From the NCBI RefSeq assembly GCF_006345805.1, contig NC_043010.1, positions 46,996,001 to 47,060,000 of the forward strand: DNA of 64,000 bases. The letters run 5' to 3'. Under the pieces are notes generated by a model, which was not told the DNA's origin, did no database searches, and saw only the letters and a program-made list of their open reading frames with translations. Below are positions 23,467 to 37,130 of this stretch, piece by piece; position 1 is the first letter of the stretch; the number at the start of each line of letters is the position of its first letter. A program made the position numbers and the translations under genes. This DNA is from Octopus sinensis. Lineage: Eukaryota.

Positions 23467-25773
23467 GTGTGTCATAAATGTATGTAATATGTGAAGCGTG
23501 CTTGCAAATTTATGTATATGTGATTATCTCTTGAGCTTTTTTTGGGGTTACTTATATTTCAGAAAACAACATCCCCCATTAGCAAATCTTCATAAGTTTG
23601 TTTAAACCCTCCTTTCTTTGAAATAAGTTTATGGTGCTTTTTAAAAGATAATCTAATAAAAGAAATCACTAGAACATCTGAATTCATCAGAAAGTACATT
23701 TTTTAAAAAATAGAAATTTTAATTCTATTTTAGATGTTTTGTGTTTGTCAGTTATATATTTAAGGAATCTAAAATTTAGTTCTGCTATTAGGTTCTGTAA
23801 TTTTTACAATTTATTGAGGACGTGTTTAAAGTTTTAAATCACAAATTTGTTGTCAATTTCTATATAATTTGGTAAATTTTTTTTGTGTATTCTTTCTTTT
23901 TTACTTATTACTTTTGTTAATCTTTTCTGCAGGTTGAAATTAAGAAATTTTGTTATTTTCCAATGGAATGTACCAATGTTGTACTGTGTGTTGAAATGTT
24001 CTTCTCAGTGTCATTGGAAACAATTTTCTTTTTTTTTTTTTTTTGTTTAATTTCAATTATTAATAAGTAATTATACTTATTGATGTTTGCAGTGCTTTCA
24101 TGGTTTAATTTCAACTTTCAGTTTTACTTGTGGCATTTCCAGAACTGTCACAGATTGGTTTTTGCTTGTTTCCATGCCAGGTCCCTTACATTCAGCAGAA
24201 GCTGCTGATCACCTCTCCAACTCTCTTGATGCATCTCCTCTTGTTTATATAAGCCCATATATATATTTTTAGATTGCTTTGTTCATCTTCAATGAAGCTT
24301 AGTTGAGTGGATTAGGTCTTGTCTTAAATTAAAATTGCATCCACAAGTGCTTGGCTTTTGGCACTATAGCTTGCGTTCCACCTGCACGTGAGACTCTTAC
24401 CTCCATTTATCTTACTTAATTAACAAATTTGGATTATTGGGTTAGTGGCTACATCTGGGGAAAGTAAAAAGTACAAGTAAACTAGTATTTTGTCCAGGAG
24501 AGTTTCATTTTCATAGCACTAATTTTGTGGGCTGCCATTGTTTGCAAAAAGACATAGCAAGTATCACTTTTTATTCTGGAAAATCATTGGACAAATAATA
24601 ATAATAATAATTGTTTGTTATTGTTAGTAGTTGTTGTTGTTGAGAGTGGGTGTGATAATACAATAGGTAGAGAGCCAAGCTGATTGTATTGTGGTATGCA
24701 GAGGTGGGTGCCTCACTGCTGGGAATTCAAATCCTATTCTGTGTATTTAGAAGAAATGCTTAAGGTATTAGATTACCGGTTCATGATTTGTTAGCTCTGC
24801 TGTCATTTTCTTGAGTCTCTGGGCAAGACACTTTATTCTGCATGTTTCACCTAGCTGTGGAAAAATAGCTTTCTGGGAGAAGAAAAGTTTTTTTTTTTTT
24901 TTTTAGGATAGCTTAGCATTTTCCTGCTCAGAGGAAAAAAAAAATCTGTAACATTCCTGTTAACGAAAGGATTAACTATTATAATGTCTTTATATTTTAT
25001 CTCCTCTGTTTGTTTGTATTTAAGCTTCATATGTTTACATTTTTTTGGCTTGTATTTTTTTTTTTATTCAGAATTAACCTAAAGTCAGTTGTAGACAACA
25101 TTAAATACTTACAGAAAAGGAGAGAGAAAATAATTCAATCTCTTCTCTTGAAGTGCCTTGCAATCCAGTCATTATATTAGATCATTAAAGTATTGTTACA
25201 GCTGTCAGTTTTTAAGAATTTTCTGTAGCTATCTAAGTTTCCCAAGTAAAGTAAATCTTTAATCAGTAGAAAGCTTTTTCTTTTAGATTACACACTTGTT
25301 TATTGAATTTACATTCAGTTTTGGCCCTTGTAAGAGTTGTTGTTTACCTCCGTGTCAGATCTCATTGGGTCTACATTTACTGAAGATAATATTTCATTGA
25401 TGACATCTTAACAAAATGACTAGTGATGGTGAGGCAATAATTTATGAGGCTCCTGTAGAAGTCTTCATTGCTGTCCGCTTTGTATTTCACACTAATTTAA
25501 TCAGCCAGTGGGGTTAATTTGCTGTGATATCTGTTGAAGAATTTAAAACAAGTGGGCAATTGTCATAGCGATATCAGTTGGTGCTTCCTTTGTTTTGTGC
25601 AGCATCAAATGATAGGTTCTATTGTATATCTTGTCACTTATTTCTGTTGTAATTCAAGCAAGACACTCTGCAGAAGTATCTTGCTTCAGTCCAACAGAAA
25701 TATTTTGAAAGCCAGCTCCATCACATTCCTTTTGTTCAAAGGTCTCCATTCTATATTCAGTAAATGTATAACC

Positions 25774-25822
<49 letters not shown>

Positions 25823-27275
25823 CTTCCCTTTAATGTATCATTACAGATGCATAATGCATGTGTATGTACCAGTTGTGGGCAACCTGCAGCCTGTGGCACT
25901 TTCTGAATGGCACATCTAATGAAAAATTACCTTAGATTTTTTTAGTTGTGCAACCTTCCTGGTCATGAACCATGTCTTATGTGGTCTGCTTCTTGAAAAA
26001 AGGTTGCCCATATCTAGTATATACTTAAAGACTGTTGCCACCATTTTGTTCTGAATTTGCCCTTATAGTTCCAAGAGCAGTAATGTCTTGTTCTATTGTT
26101 ATCTTTATGTTCCATGTCATGCTGATTTTGATATTTATAAGTTCTTGTACAAATTGTTTTACTCTGTGTGCCTATATATAAATAGTCTATTAGAAATGGC
26201 TTTAATATTGGCAATGTCAAGTATGTTGGACATTGATGGTGCTATCTGTATTTCTTTGACCCCTTATAAGATAGTGGGTCAGTTTCTTAAGGATCATATT
26301 TGTCATTGATAAGTGCTCTACTACAAATTTTGGGCCATTTTGTCATTCTATTGAATATATTTTTTTTTTGTTACTAAAGAAACCATTTGAAGTTTCTTTA
26401 AATTCTGCTTTTACCCTAACTTTCATTTAAGACTGATTTCCTTTTTCATTATGTTTTGGTGTTAAGTTTAGTGGCTACAACCTGATTTTCACTAGCTATC
26501 ATTATGCCTTCTGTTTCTACCTTTTAGCTCTGTATTCCTTCTTCGTTAATCATGCTGGAGTTTATAAATTCCTGGTTGATTAATAGATCATTAATATTGA
26601 CTGTACGTCTATATATCAAGCAGTATTTGTCTAATGGAATCTCAAATTCGATGTTTCACTTTGTTTCTTAATCATTTTACCTGCTGTGATGGATGTGATA
26701 TTTTTAGGCACATCTCTTATTAAGCTAAATTTCTCAGAGCTGTTAATACAAATTCATCTCAGCAGCAAACAGACACATATACTATGTATTTTAACCTTCC
26801 TTACTCCTGAAAAGCTTTTAAAAATCATTTTTCTGGGGCTTTGAAGGAGAATATTCCATATTCTGAAATGCCAAAATATACATCTAACTAAAGCTAGCTG
26901 GTCATTTCTGGATATTTTAGGCAGCTTGTTTAAGGAGTTGCATTGTTAATAGCTTTCTTGTCTTCCAGTTTCTTTACTGATGCTCAAGATCTTTTGTTAT
27001 AATAAAAGTTCATTCTTATCTCAGCATTCTGTAATTCTGTTTTTGCTTTGTTCTTCATCAGTGTACGTTAGGTTAGAGTACTTTTCACTTGTCCCAGTAT
27101 ACAGCTGAGTGTTCTCTTCCTTGTCCTTTTTGTTACAGCTACTGTTTCTTATTAACTGTTTGTCCTGCTTTTTTAAACTGGTGTCTTGGTAGACTTGCAA
27201 ACCACACAGTCATGTCTAGCCAAGAGTTATTCTAATGTCTAACTCAAGATCAAAATAGTATTTTAAGGCCTTTAA

Positions 27276-27496
27276 CCCTTTCATTACCATATTTATTTTG
27301 AGATGTTCTGTGTTTCTTTCAATTATTTTAGATATAACACAGAATTTTATAAAATAACTTAGTTATCATTAAGCTAGTATTAGGAACAGTATTTGTGACT
27401 AAGGTTTGGTGGAAGATTTTAATTAAAAACTTATGAAAACAAGACATTTGTACTACAGAGCCAGAGCCAGTTTCAGCCGGGTTGGTAACGAAAGGG
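27276..27496. mobile_element. piggyBac-type MITE, family 1
   Basis: TTAA at 27272-27275 and 27497-27500; TIRs ccctttcattacc / ggtaacgaaaggg. Confidence 0.85.
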
Positions 27497-28441
27497 TTAA
27501 ATACAACAGTTGATTAACTTTGCAGCTTTATATTTTGAAGTCGGTTATGGAAGCATTTCAACAAAATGCTAAGTGGGGGCAGCTAGGTAAAGCAAAATAG
27601 CTAGATAATATGAAGTACTCTAGGAATATATACATCTTGGTATTGGATATGATTAATTTATGTGATTATCTTTAGTAAGTCCACTGTAATTCATTTGACA
27701 TAGGTAACAGCCATTGATATGTTTTTTAGTAATCATGTTTTTGGTAGGGTCAGTTTCTTTAGTTCACAAGTGATTTTATTATTTATTTATTTTAGTAACA
27801 GGAGCTAAACTTTATTATTATTATTATTATTAAGGCAGTGAGCTGGCAGAACCATTACCGCACTGGACGAAATGCTTAACAGCACTTCATCCATCTTCAC
27901 TTTCTGAGTTCATATTCTGCTGAGATTAACTTTGCCTTTTATCCTTTTTGGGGTCAATGTAATTGACTTATCCCCCATCCCCGAAATTACTGGCCTTGTG
28001 CTAAAATTCGAAACTGCTATTATCATTCCCCATACAGTATCTGTTACTTACACAATAAGTTCTATTGATTCAAGTTCCTGCCTGGTTGTTGGCTATCCAA
28101 ATATAGGTGTATGTGTGTATATATATATCTATATTCTATGGTAATAGCAGATATATATATATATGATAGATGTATCCTTAGGCAATAGTATTTTAGCCCC
28201 ATCTTTACTTTTTAGTAAAAAAAAATCACTGTACGTAGAATATAAATCTTACATTCATCATGATATTAATATGGTGGTCAGCTCTTAAAATATGTTAATA
28301 TGGTCGATATGTGAGGCTTTTTAATTTGGAAAGAATAATGTTATTTGTGCAAACAATTGAGAACCAGCCTAAATGTTTTCTCTTTAGTTTGATACCACAT
28401 TGTTCTGGTTCAAATTATATTGGCATCTATTTAGTTTTTAA

Positions 28442-28657
28442 CCCTTTAGCATTCAGATTCTTCTGTGAAATGTAATACTTAATTCATTCACATTGCTTTA
28501 AATTCATCATGCATTATCTTGAAGCTTCGAAATATCGACGATGTGATTGCTTCTTTTCTAGAGTGACATTGTAGGGTAGTTATGAGAAGCTAGATCTGGC
28601 TGGTTTGAGCATAGAAGACTATTTGGGTTGGATATGTCTGGTTTAAATACTAAGGGG
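28442..28657. mobile_element. piggyBac-type MITE, family 2
   Basis: TTAA at both ends; termini ccctttagcatt / aatactaagggg; related copies at 29765, about 35951 and 40932. Confidence 0.8.
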
Positions 28658-29006
28658 TTAACTTTTCTAAGGTCAATAAAAATAGTGTAAAAATAAGATC
28701 TTATGTTCGAATTGACGGTTCATAATTTTTTTTTTTTTGTAAACCTTGTACATAGGCAAAAGATCTTGGTTATTTTGTATTAAGTCCTGCAATGTGCCAT
28801 GTTGCAGGTGCATGCACTAGAAAAATCTAAAGGCTAAACCTATTTCCCATTATGAATTAGACAATCCCTTTTCTTTGTCTCTATACATCTTATATCATTA
28901 TTACTATTGTATAAGAAATTTAGTTTCAGTGGAGAATGTTATATCCTTAAATCTGAATTGTATAGGAAAATTACAGACTTTTTGTTAGGTATGTGTGTGA
29001 GTTTAC

Positions 29007-29037
<31 letters not shown>

Positions 29038-29539
29038 CATACATACATACACATATATATGTATACATATATATACATACACACACATATATGCATGCGT
29101 ACACACATTTAAATGCATATATACACACTTAAATTATTCTGCTCCAGCAATACAGGGTTCAGAGTTTATTGCATTCTTGACATATAAAGTCTGACAAATG
29201 GTGACATTTAACCCCACAAGTCATAGCAAAAAGGGGGTCTATTAGAGCGGTAAGGATTTCTATTTATTTATGTGACATATGTAATCCAGGCTAGAATAAT
29301 ATTTTAGTTTGTGTGCACATATCTGCAATGGGAACAAGAAAAACCAATTTGCAACTGAAGTAATACGTATATGATAGTAAACTGTATAATGATGTTTAAT
29401 TAACTTTTCATTACTAAATTGACAAGAAAAGCATTTGTCAAGTAAGCAAGGTGGCTGAATTTAGATAGTTGTTACACTTCAGGATATTAAGTTAGTACAT
29501 CAGTTCCCTCCCAATTTTATAACATGAAACAGCTTTTAA

Positions 29540-29760
29540 CCCTTTCGTTACTGTATTTATTTTGAGATGCTCTGTGTTTCTTTCAATTACTTTAAATATA
29601 ACAAAGAATTTAGTAAAAGAACTTAGTTATCATTAAGCTAGTGTTAGGAACATAAATTGTGACTAAGGTTTGGTGGAAGATTTTAATTCAATACTTATGA
29701 AAGTAAGACATTTGTACTACAGAGCCAGAGGCGGTTTTGGCCGGGTTGGTATCAAAAGAG
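29540..29760. mobile_element. piggyBac-type MITE, family 1, second copy
   Basis: Closely similar to 27276-27496; TTAA at 29536-29539 and 29761-29764. Confidence 0.85.
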
Positions 29761-29764
29761 TTAA

Positions 29765-29988
29765 ACCTTTAGCATTCAGATTTCTCTGTCAAAAGTAATG
29801 TTTATTTATCCACATTGTTTTGAATTAATCATGCATTATCTTGTCGCTTTGAGATTTTGCTGATGTGATCATTTATCTTTTTTTTGAATGATATTGTAGG
29901 CTAGCTGTGAGAATCAGGATCTGATCAGTTTAAACATAAAACTAGTAGGATATTTGGGCTGGATATGACTGATTTAAATGTTGAAGGG
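29765..29988. mobile_element. piggyBac-type MITE, family 2
   Basis: Starts acctttagcattcag immediately after the TTAA shared with the preceding MITE; ends aaatgttgaaggg followed by TTGA. Confidence 0.75.
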
Positions 29989-32900
29989 TTGAAGTTTGCT
30001 AATTATAATTGATTCAGTGATGTAAAGTCCCGCTGCTTTTCTTATAATAATCTAGTGCCTGAATTGACCCAACCATCTATTCATACACTTTTTATTCTCA
30101 TGAATGGTCTTAACTAAGACATCAGTCTTTGTTGTTCTTTTCTTTTTCATGGTATCTCTCTCTCTCTTTGATAATTCCTATCTGTAAAATTCAAATCATT
30201 TCTGAAAACCTGTCGACTGAGATCTGCAATCTTAACTTTTTTTTTTCTTTTTCCAAATATTGATTGACTTGGTCTTGCTATTGAGAAACAAAGATTTTAA
30301 AATTGTTATAAATATGATCACAAATGATACATAGATTTAAAACAAGTTTCCAATTTCTCTTGGTGTTCATGGTGTGCTGTTTAGCCCCAGGTCAGTCCTA
30401 ATTGAGCAGTCCTATGATCAAAAATATTTTAGCCATAACGAACCCATCATTTTTATTTTGATTTTGATTTTTATCAAAGACAGAAAGACAGTAGTATGTG
30501 ATCTGATGGATATTTGACTGCTACTTTTGGTAGGTCAAGCAATTCCATAGCTTGTCTTGTTGGCTCAAACTTCTTTTGGTTGCTTCAGATGGTTGGTGCA
30601 TGTCACTTGTGAAGTGTTCTTCATGATTTGGCAAAATAATAATTTTAAAAAAGAAAACAAAAAAAAATTTTTTTTTTTCAAAAATGTCCTCATGCCTGGA
30701 AGGAATTAACTGGTTTTATTGCCAGGGATAGGAAAAATTCAAGACTTAACAGTGCTTTTAAGCACTGTTGTAAACTTCTGTAGCTATTCTGATTGTATAT
30801 AAAGACAGTGTATTTGATAATGCATTGCAACAAAATGTCACATTCTTTATTTACAAAGATGTTTTTTTTTTCCTTTTTTTATTTAAAAAGCCACTTCATT
30901 GAAAATTAAAGTCCAAATTTTCAATACCAAAAAAAAAAAAAGAAAACTGTCCCACCACTTTATCAATGTGATATATTACATTTGTTTGTTTTACATTTTA
31001 TTTAAACACAATCTCTCTCCCCCCCCCCCTCTCTAATATGAAATTACTGTTTTCCCTCCCAAAATCCTTTAACAGACTGTTTTAAATTGGCTGCATGTAA
31101 TGTGTGTATCTTTGTATGTATATAATAATAAATATATATATATATATATTATATATATATATATATGTAGATTTGCTTAACCAAAGAATTGTTGCCATCT
31201 CTAATTCAAATAGGTCTTTGGAAAGAATTTGAATTATTGAACAATGAGTTTCTTTGCTAAAACAATGAATATATATATTTATATATATATATATATAAAT
31301 GCATACATAATGTATATCTATATATATAAATGCATACATATATGTATATCTATATACATATATGTATGTATATGTGTGTGTGTGTGTGTATATATAGAGA
31401 TACACACACACACATATATATCTTCAAATGGAATTTGTGTGCATTATGTAACTTTATTGCTCCAAATATGTATGTGTGTGTATGTGAGAGTGTTTGTGTG
31501 TGTATCTATATATATATATATACATATATGTATATGCACGTGTGTGTCTGTGTATATATATATTGTGTGTGCGTGTGTATGTGTGCATTATGCATAAAAG
31601 ATAACTGGTACCTGTGCTATTTGCTCTGTTTCCTTCATTGAACAATATTTCCCCTATCTCACTCCTCTTTCCGTCTCTGAAACAACAGTTTACAATGATG
31701 ATGATAATGAACTTTGTGGAATGTTGCTCTTTTATTGAAGAAATGGTTTTAGTCATGTAAAATTTGTTAAACAAGGGGAAATTTTATTTTCCTCTCAACA
31801 TATAAATTTGTAGTAAAACAAATTTGAAGTTTGTATACTTTTTGTATATTCCCCCCCTCTTAAAAAAAAAAAAAGCTCCTTTATAAATAAAAGGAGGTTA
31901 TTTTGCTACACTTACAATTCAATGCTGTTTTATTTATTTCTTTTGTTGTGTCTTTCTTTTTCAGTCAAAAAACAAAAGAGCATATATATGTATATATATT
32001 TTTTATTTTTAATCTTTTACTTGTTTTAGTCACTAGAATGTGGCAATGCTGGGGCACTACCTTGAATTTTTAGTCAAACGAATCAACACCAGTCCTTTTT
32101 TTTCTTAAGCTTGGTATTTATTCTATTGACCTCTTTGCCAAACCACTAAGTTATGGAGACATGGTTGTCAAGTGGCAGTAGGGGACAAACACAGACACAA
32201 AGACACCTACACATAGATGTGTGTATATATATATATATATATATAGGGGGAGGCTTCTTTCAGTTTCTATCTAACAAATAAATCCACTCACAAGGTTTCG
32301 GTCAGCCTGAGGCTATAGTAAGAGACACTTTCCCTGGGTACCATGCATGTGGTTGGGAAGCAAAGTTCTCACTACATGTGTGTATGTATATATATATATT
32401 TGTGTGTGTGTGTGTATTTATGTTTGTACTTGTGTATGCATATAGGTGCAGTTATTAAAATGTTTGTTTCACATTCATTTCTCCATGATTAATTGGGCAA
32501 GTGGCGTATTTATTGGAGAACATCTTACAGTTTTACCTTTTCCTATAACAAATTAACCATCTTCGGAGTGGTACCTGTTTTCTCTCAGTGTGGCAGGGTT
32601 TAAGTTTTACTTGGGTGCACAGTACTCTAACTATATAAGAAGTAAAAACATTTGAACTCATTAACATTACAGTTAGTGATCCATTTCAGTATTCTCCCTC
32701 CCCACAACCAAAATTTGAGTTTGTGTTAAACATCAGCATTTAATGTCCATTTTTCTGTGCTTACTTGGGTCAGAAGGAAGTTATAGAGACAGGTTTTCTA
32801 CAACTGGATGCCCTGTCTGTTTCCAAGCAAGATGATGATGTCCATGACCAGATGCATTACAATGATATCACATAATGCCAAGGGAATAGTAGCATATGCA

Positions 32901-34109
32901 TGCACATACATATATCTGTATACGGTGAGCTTCTTTCAGTTTCCATCCATCACAACCACTGACAAGGTTTTGGTTGGCCCAGGGCTATAATGGAAGATAC
33001 TTACCTAAAGTGTCATACAGTAGGATCGAACTAGAGACCATGTTGTTTGAAAGCAAACTTCTGACCATGCAGCCAGCCATGCCTGTATCTATGATAATGA
33101 TAATTAATCCTTTGTGCTGTAGAAATTAGTCAGTTTCATCAATCAACCCTTTACCCATCCTGTGTGTCATATGTGATACTCAAGACATACTTGCCTGGTG
33201 TCCAAGTATCATATTCATATATGACCAATTATTTTTCCAATCCCAGAGTAACTTGGAACTTATGAAAGGAAAGCTTTATTTTGCTCAGAATATATGAAGC
33301 AAATGAGGCAAGAGCTAAATAAGTCTGAAAACAAATGTGGATGTTTAAGACAAACTTATGAAAATGTTTTGTATAGACACAAAAAATTTAAGGCTTTTTT
33401 ATTCACTTCCATTTATTATGATTAGACAATTTTATCTTATTCAAAATCTACATGAGTATTATATTGTCTCTGCTTTGCTTTCTTGAAGGAAATTCAAAGG
33501 TAGTAATATTTCTTTGGAAATTGCAACGTTTTGTAAAAAATAAATTAAAAAGCTTGAATGAATTATCTCCCTTTGTATCATGCTCTTTTTTAAAAACAAA
33601 ACAAATCAAACTACGATAATTATCTTAAACAATTAAATTATATAGTTTTATACAAAAGTCCCAAGAGGCTACGTATGGTGGATTACATCATTACTGGCCT
33701 TGCCACGGTTTATTAATATACCTAACATAATGACAATTCCAAGAATTTATTATATTTTGAAGAAATTGCTGAAAGATCCTGATGATCTTCAGTTGGTTTG
33801 CAAATGTTGATTCACTCAAAATTGTTGCAACTAAACTACTCAGAAAATGGTTTAAGTTGAGCTTCCTAAAAATAAGCAAACATGTGAATGGATTTGGGAG
33901 ATGGAAACTGAAAGAAGCCTGTCGTCCATATATGTGCATGTGTGTGTTTGTGACTTCTTGTCTTGGCATTGCTGTATAGTCGTAACATAGTTGTAACATA
34001 TTATTGCATAGCTTGGAAACAGATGAACATTGGCAACAGGAAGGGCACCTAGCTGTAAAAAATCTACTTCAATAAACTTCGTTTGACCCATGCAAACATG
34101 GAAAAGCAT

Positions 34110-34235
34110 ATATAGATGTTTTCGATCTAGTTTGGATTCTTTGCCATCAAATTTGAATTCTTTGCATGCAAATTTGATTGCAAAGAATTCAAATTTGATG
34201 GTAAAGAATCCAAACTAGATCGAAAACATCTATAT
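34110..34235. repeat. 126-bp near-perfect palindrome (fold-back, MITE-like)
   Basis: Arms atatagatgttttcgatctagtttggattctttgccatcaaatttgaattctttgca and its reverse complement. One mismatch in the arms (34143/34202), two next to the centre, and a central perfect caaatttg. Confidence 0.92.
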
Positions 34236-35082
34236 TAAAATGATGATGTTGATACATCTGCCACATATGATTCAGAGAGCTTTTGCATGCTGGTGTGGGT
34301 TAAATAAAACTTGTTGAGGTAGGTTTTCTACACCAAGAGGCCCTTCCTGTTACCAGCCCTTACCTGTTTTTCAAGTATGGTCATTTCACATTGAAGGCTC
34401 TATATGGAATTTTTATTAACTGAAGAATGTAGGCAAAGTTGCTGGCTTTTTTTTAAAATTTATTTTTTGTTATTTCACTTGATGTTTAACAAGGATACAT
34501 AGAACAACATTCATACACATATACATGCTCACACACAAGCACACCTTCACACGTTTTCATCACCATAATCATTTAACATTCACCTTCAATGCTAGCATGG
34601 ATTGGCCAGTTTGATAGGACCTGGCAGGTCAGAGGATTGTGTCAAGGTCCAATATCTACTTTGACTTGGTCCCTATGGTTTGCTGACCTTCCCGACATCG
34701 ACCACTTTACTACAGAGTGTACTGGGTGTCTTTTGTGTCATTGGCACCATTGAAGTCACCACATAACTTGTAAGACAAGGCCTCTTGACTGAGTTGTGGT
34801 GTAGTATTGAGGGAGGTGGCTTTACGCTAGGTATCGAGAAGCAAGAGTGTGATAGTGGGCTAGGAACAGATGCCTTACTGTAGAGGAGATACATGACAGC
34901 CCTAGCTGGAAGAAGAGAGAAAAGATGGTGGTAGGTGGGGGTGAGGTGTTAGGATGTAGTCTTGAGGTACAAGTGGGTGAATATGAGGGGGATAGGGACA
35001 GGGGAACAGGAGTGGTAGGTAGTTAAATACAAGAGTGTGAGACAAAAAGCTGATGATTAAAGATGGGGTATAGATGAATGTA

Positions 35083-35395
35083 GTGAATGTACATGGCTCA
35101 GTGGTTAGAGCATTGGGCTGACAATCATGAGATAGTGAGTTTGATTCCCGGACTGGGCTGTGTGTTGTGCTCTTGAGAAAGAACTTTATTTCATGTTGCT
35201 CCAGTTCACTCACCTGTAGAAATGAGTTGCGACATCACTGATGCCAAGCTGTATCAGCCTTTGCCTTTCCCTTGGGTAATATCAGTGGCGTGAAGAGGGG
35301 AGGCTGGTATGCATGGATGAATGCTGGTCTTCCATAAACAACCTTGCCTGGACTTGTGCCTCAGGGGGTAACTTTTCTGATGCAACCCCATGGTG
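35083..35395 (+). repeat. tRNA-derived SINE with CORE-like domain
   Basis: Head catggctcagtggttagagc...gagtttgattccc, then tgtgttgtgctcttgagaaagaactttatttcatgttgctccagttcactca; minus-strand copy at 49590-49907. Confidence 0.7.
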
Positions 35396-35469
35396 GCTAG
35401 GCAAGTGTTTCTTTTTTACTATGGGCCTAGACTGATCAAAGCTTTGTTGAGTGAAAGTAAAAGAAGTTG

Positions 35470-35680
35470 TGGTAGTCTTCTGGTGCTCATCCTGCAGGCA
35501 TGGCCAAATCACTGTAGCCTGTGCTGCCAGACTTGGTCTTCAATGATCAGCTGCTGCTGCTGCTGGAATTGTTCTTGATATTGTTGTTTGAGATTTGGTC
35601 ACGTAGAGAGACCAAAGATCTGAGTTTGTTCAGGTCTTGCTTGAGGATGGACAGGCTGTAGAGGAGGACAGGCAGAATTT
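35470..35680 (-). mobile_element. RTE-like LINE 3' fragment
   Basis: Minus strand gives SLRDQISNNNI then IEDQVWQHRLQ*FGHACRMSTRRLP, resembling the RTE motif RL.W.GHV.RM...R.P. Confidence 0.55.
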
Positions 35681-36595
35681 ACAAAATAAGCCATGATTAA
35701 TTCAAAATCAAACAAAGACAAGCAGACAGAGTAATTTGAATGCTAAAGGTATGGACTGTGATTTTAGGTACCATGTATACAATAAGCCACACAGATTTAT
35801 CTAAGGGTGTATTGAATGCTCTTATGTTATTGTTGTTAGTATAACTAATGCAAAATCTATATTTGTGTGCATATGTGCTGATGAGTCTCATAATCCATTG
35901 GTTAAATGGTACATTAAAGATTAGGATTTTATACAGTTTGTGCAGATTAACCCATTATCATTCAGATTATTCTGTCAAATTTAATATTTGCATCGTTTTG
36001 TATTAATCATGGGTTATTACATAGCTTTGAGATTTCAGTGATATTGTCCAGTTTTTGAGTGACATTGAAGGGGAAGTGTGAGAGGCTATATATGGCTGGT
36101 CTGAACATAAAACTGATAGAATATTTGGGCTTAATACAGTCAGTTTAAAAGCTTAACCTTTTAGCATTTAAACCAGCCATATCCCATTAAATAATATCTT
36201 TGATATACTGTGTCTGAAGAAAGTGGTGAGCTGCCAGAACCATCAGCACATTGAATGAAATTCTTAGTGGCATTTCTTCTGGCTTTACGTTCTGAGTTCA
36301 AATCCTTTTAGGGTTGATGAAATAATCACTGGGTTCAGTGTACTTGCTTAGCTCTCTCCCACAAAATTTCAAGCCCTTTGCCGATGGTAGAAAGGGTATA
36401 CTGTACATGAAATCAAGGCTGAGGTTCTCTTGTTCATAGACAAGTCTGTTCAGTCAATGTCGATGTATGGCTGTGTGATTAAGAAGCTTGCTTAGTTACC
36501 ATGTGGTTTCAGGTTCAATCCCACTATGTGGCTCCTTTAGCAAGTGTCTTCTGCCTTGTGAATTTGGTAGATGGAAACTGTGAAAGCATATCATG

Positions 36596-37130
36596 CAGAA
36601 TTCTGGTTTAAGCACTCCATATAACCCCTCATAACTTTTTTATTTTTTAGAATTTTGAGAAATTGTTTTCAAGTTTGTTTTCTTCACACAAGAATTCATA
36701 GGATTTTTAAGATAAAAAATTTTTTTTTAAATCTCCCCCATCCCTCACTAAATCCTAAAAGTTCTACTCTTTTTCAAATGTTTTTAAAAATTAGAGTCTA
36801 AAACACAGACAGTCCAAATTTTTTGCTTAAATCCCAGAAATAGACCACCCTTGGGTACATCATCATTACATTAAATGTGTTTATGGATAGAAAAATATGA
36901 AAAAACATCAGTACATGTCAAAGATACAAAGAAACAAAGAAGGTATCTGGTAGTCGTGAGATGTGCTAAAAACAATAGCTAAATCGCCCTTAAATCACAC
37001 AAAAAGATTTTTTGGCATATTCATATGAATTCCTGTGTGAGGAACACAAATTCACAAAAATTTTCTGAAAATTCCAAAAAAATAAAAAAGTTGCAAGGGG
37101 TCATATGGGGTGTTTTAAACCAGAATTCTG
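36596..37130. mobile_element. Non-autonomous DNA element with ~110-bp TIRs, superfamily unassigned
   Basis: cagaattctggtttaagcactccatataacccct... at 36596 is the imperfect reverse complement of ...ggggtcatatggggtgttttaaaccagaattctg ending at 37130. It splits a tRNA-SINE; TSD unclear. Confidence 0.7.

Noticed and set aside
25300-27200. Possible very old LINE relic on the minus strand
   Set aside because: Only scattered weak resemblances to RT motifs; not enough to support a call.
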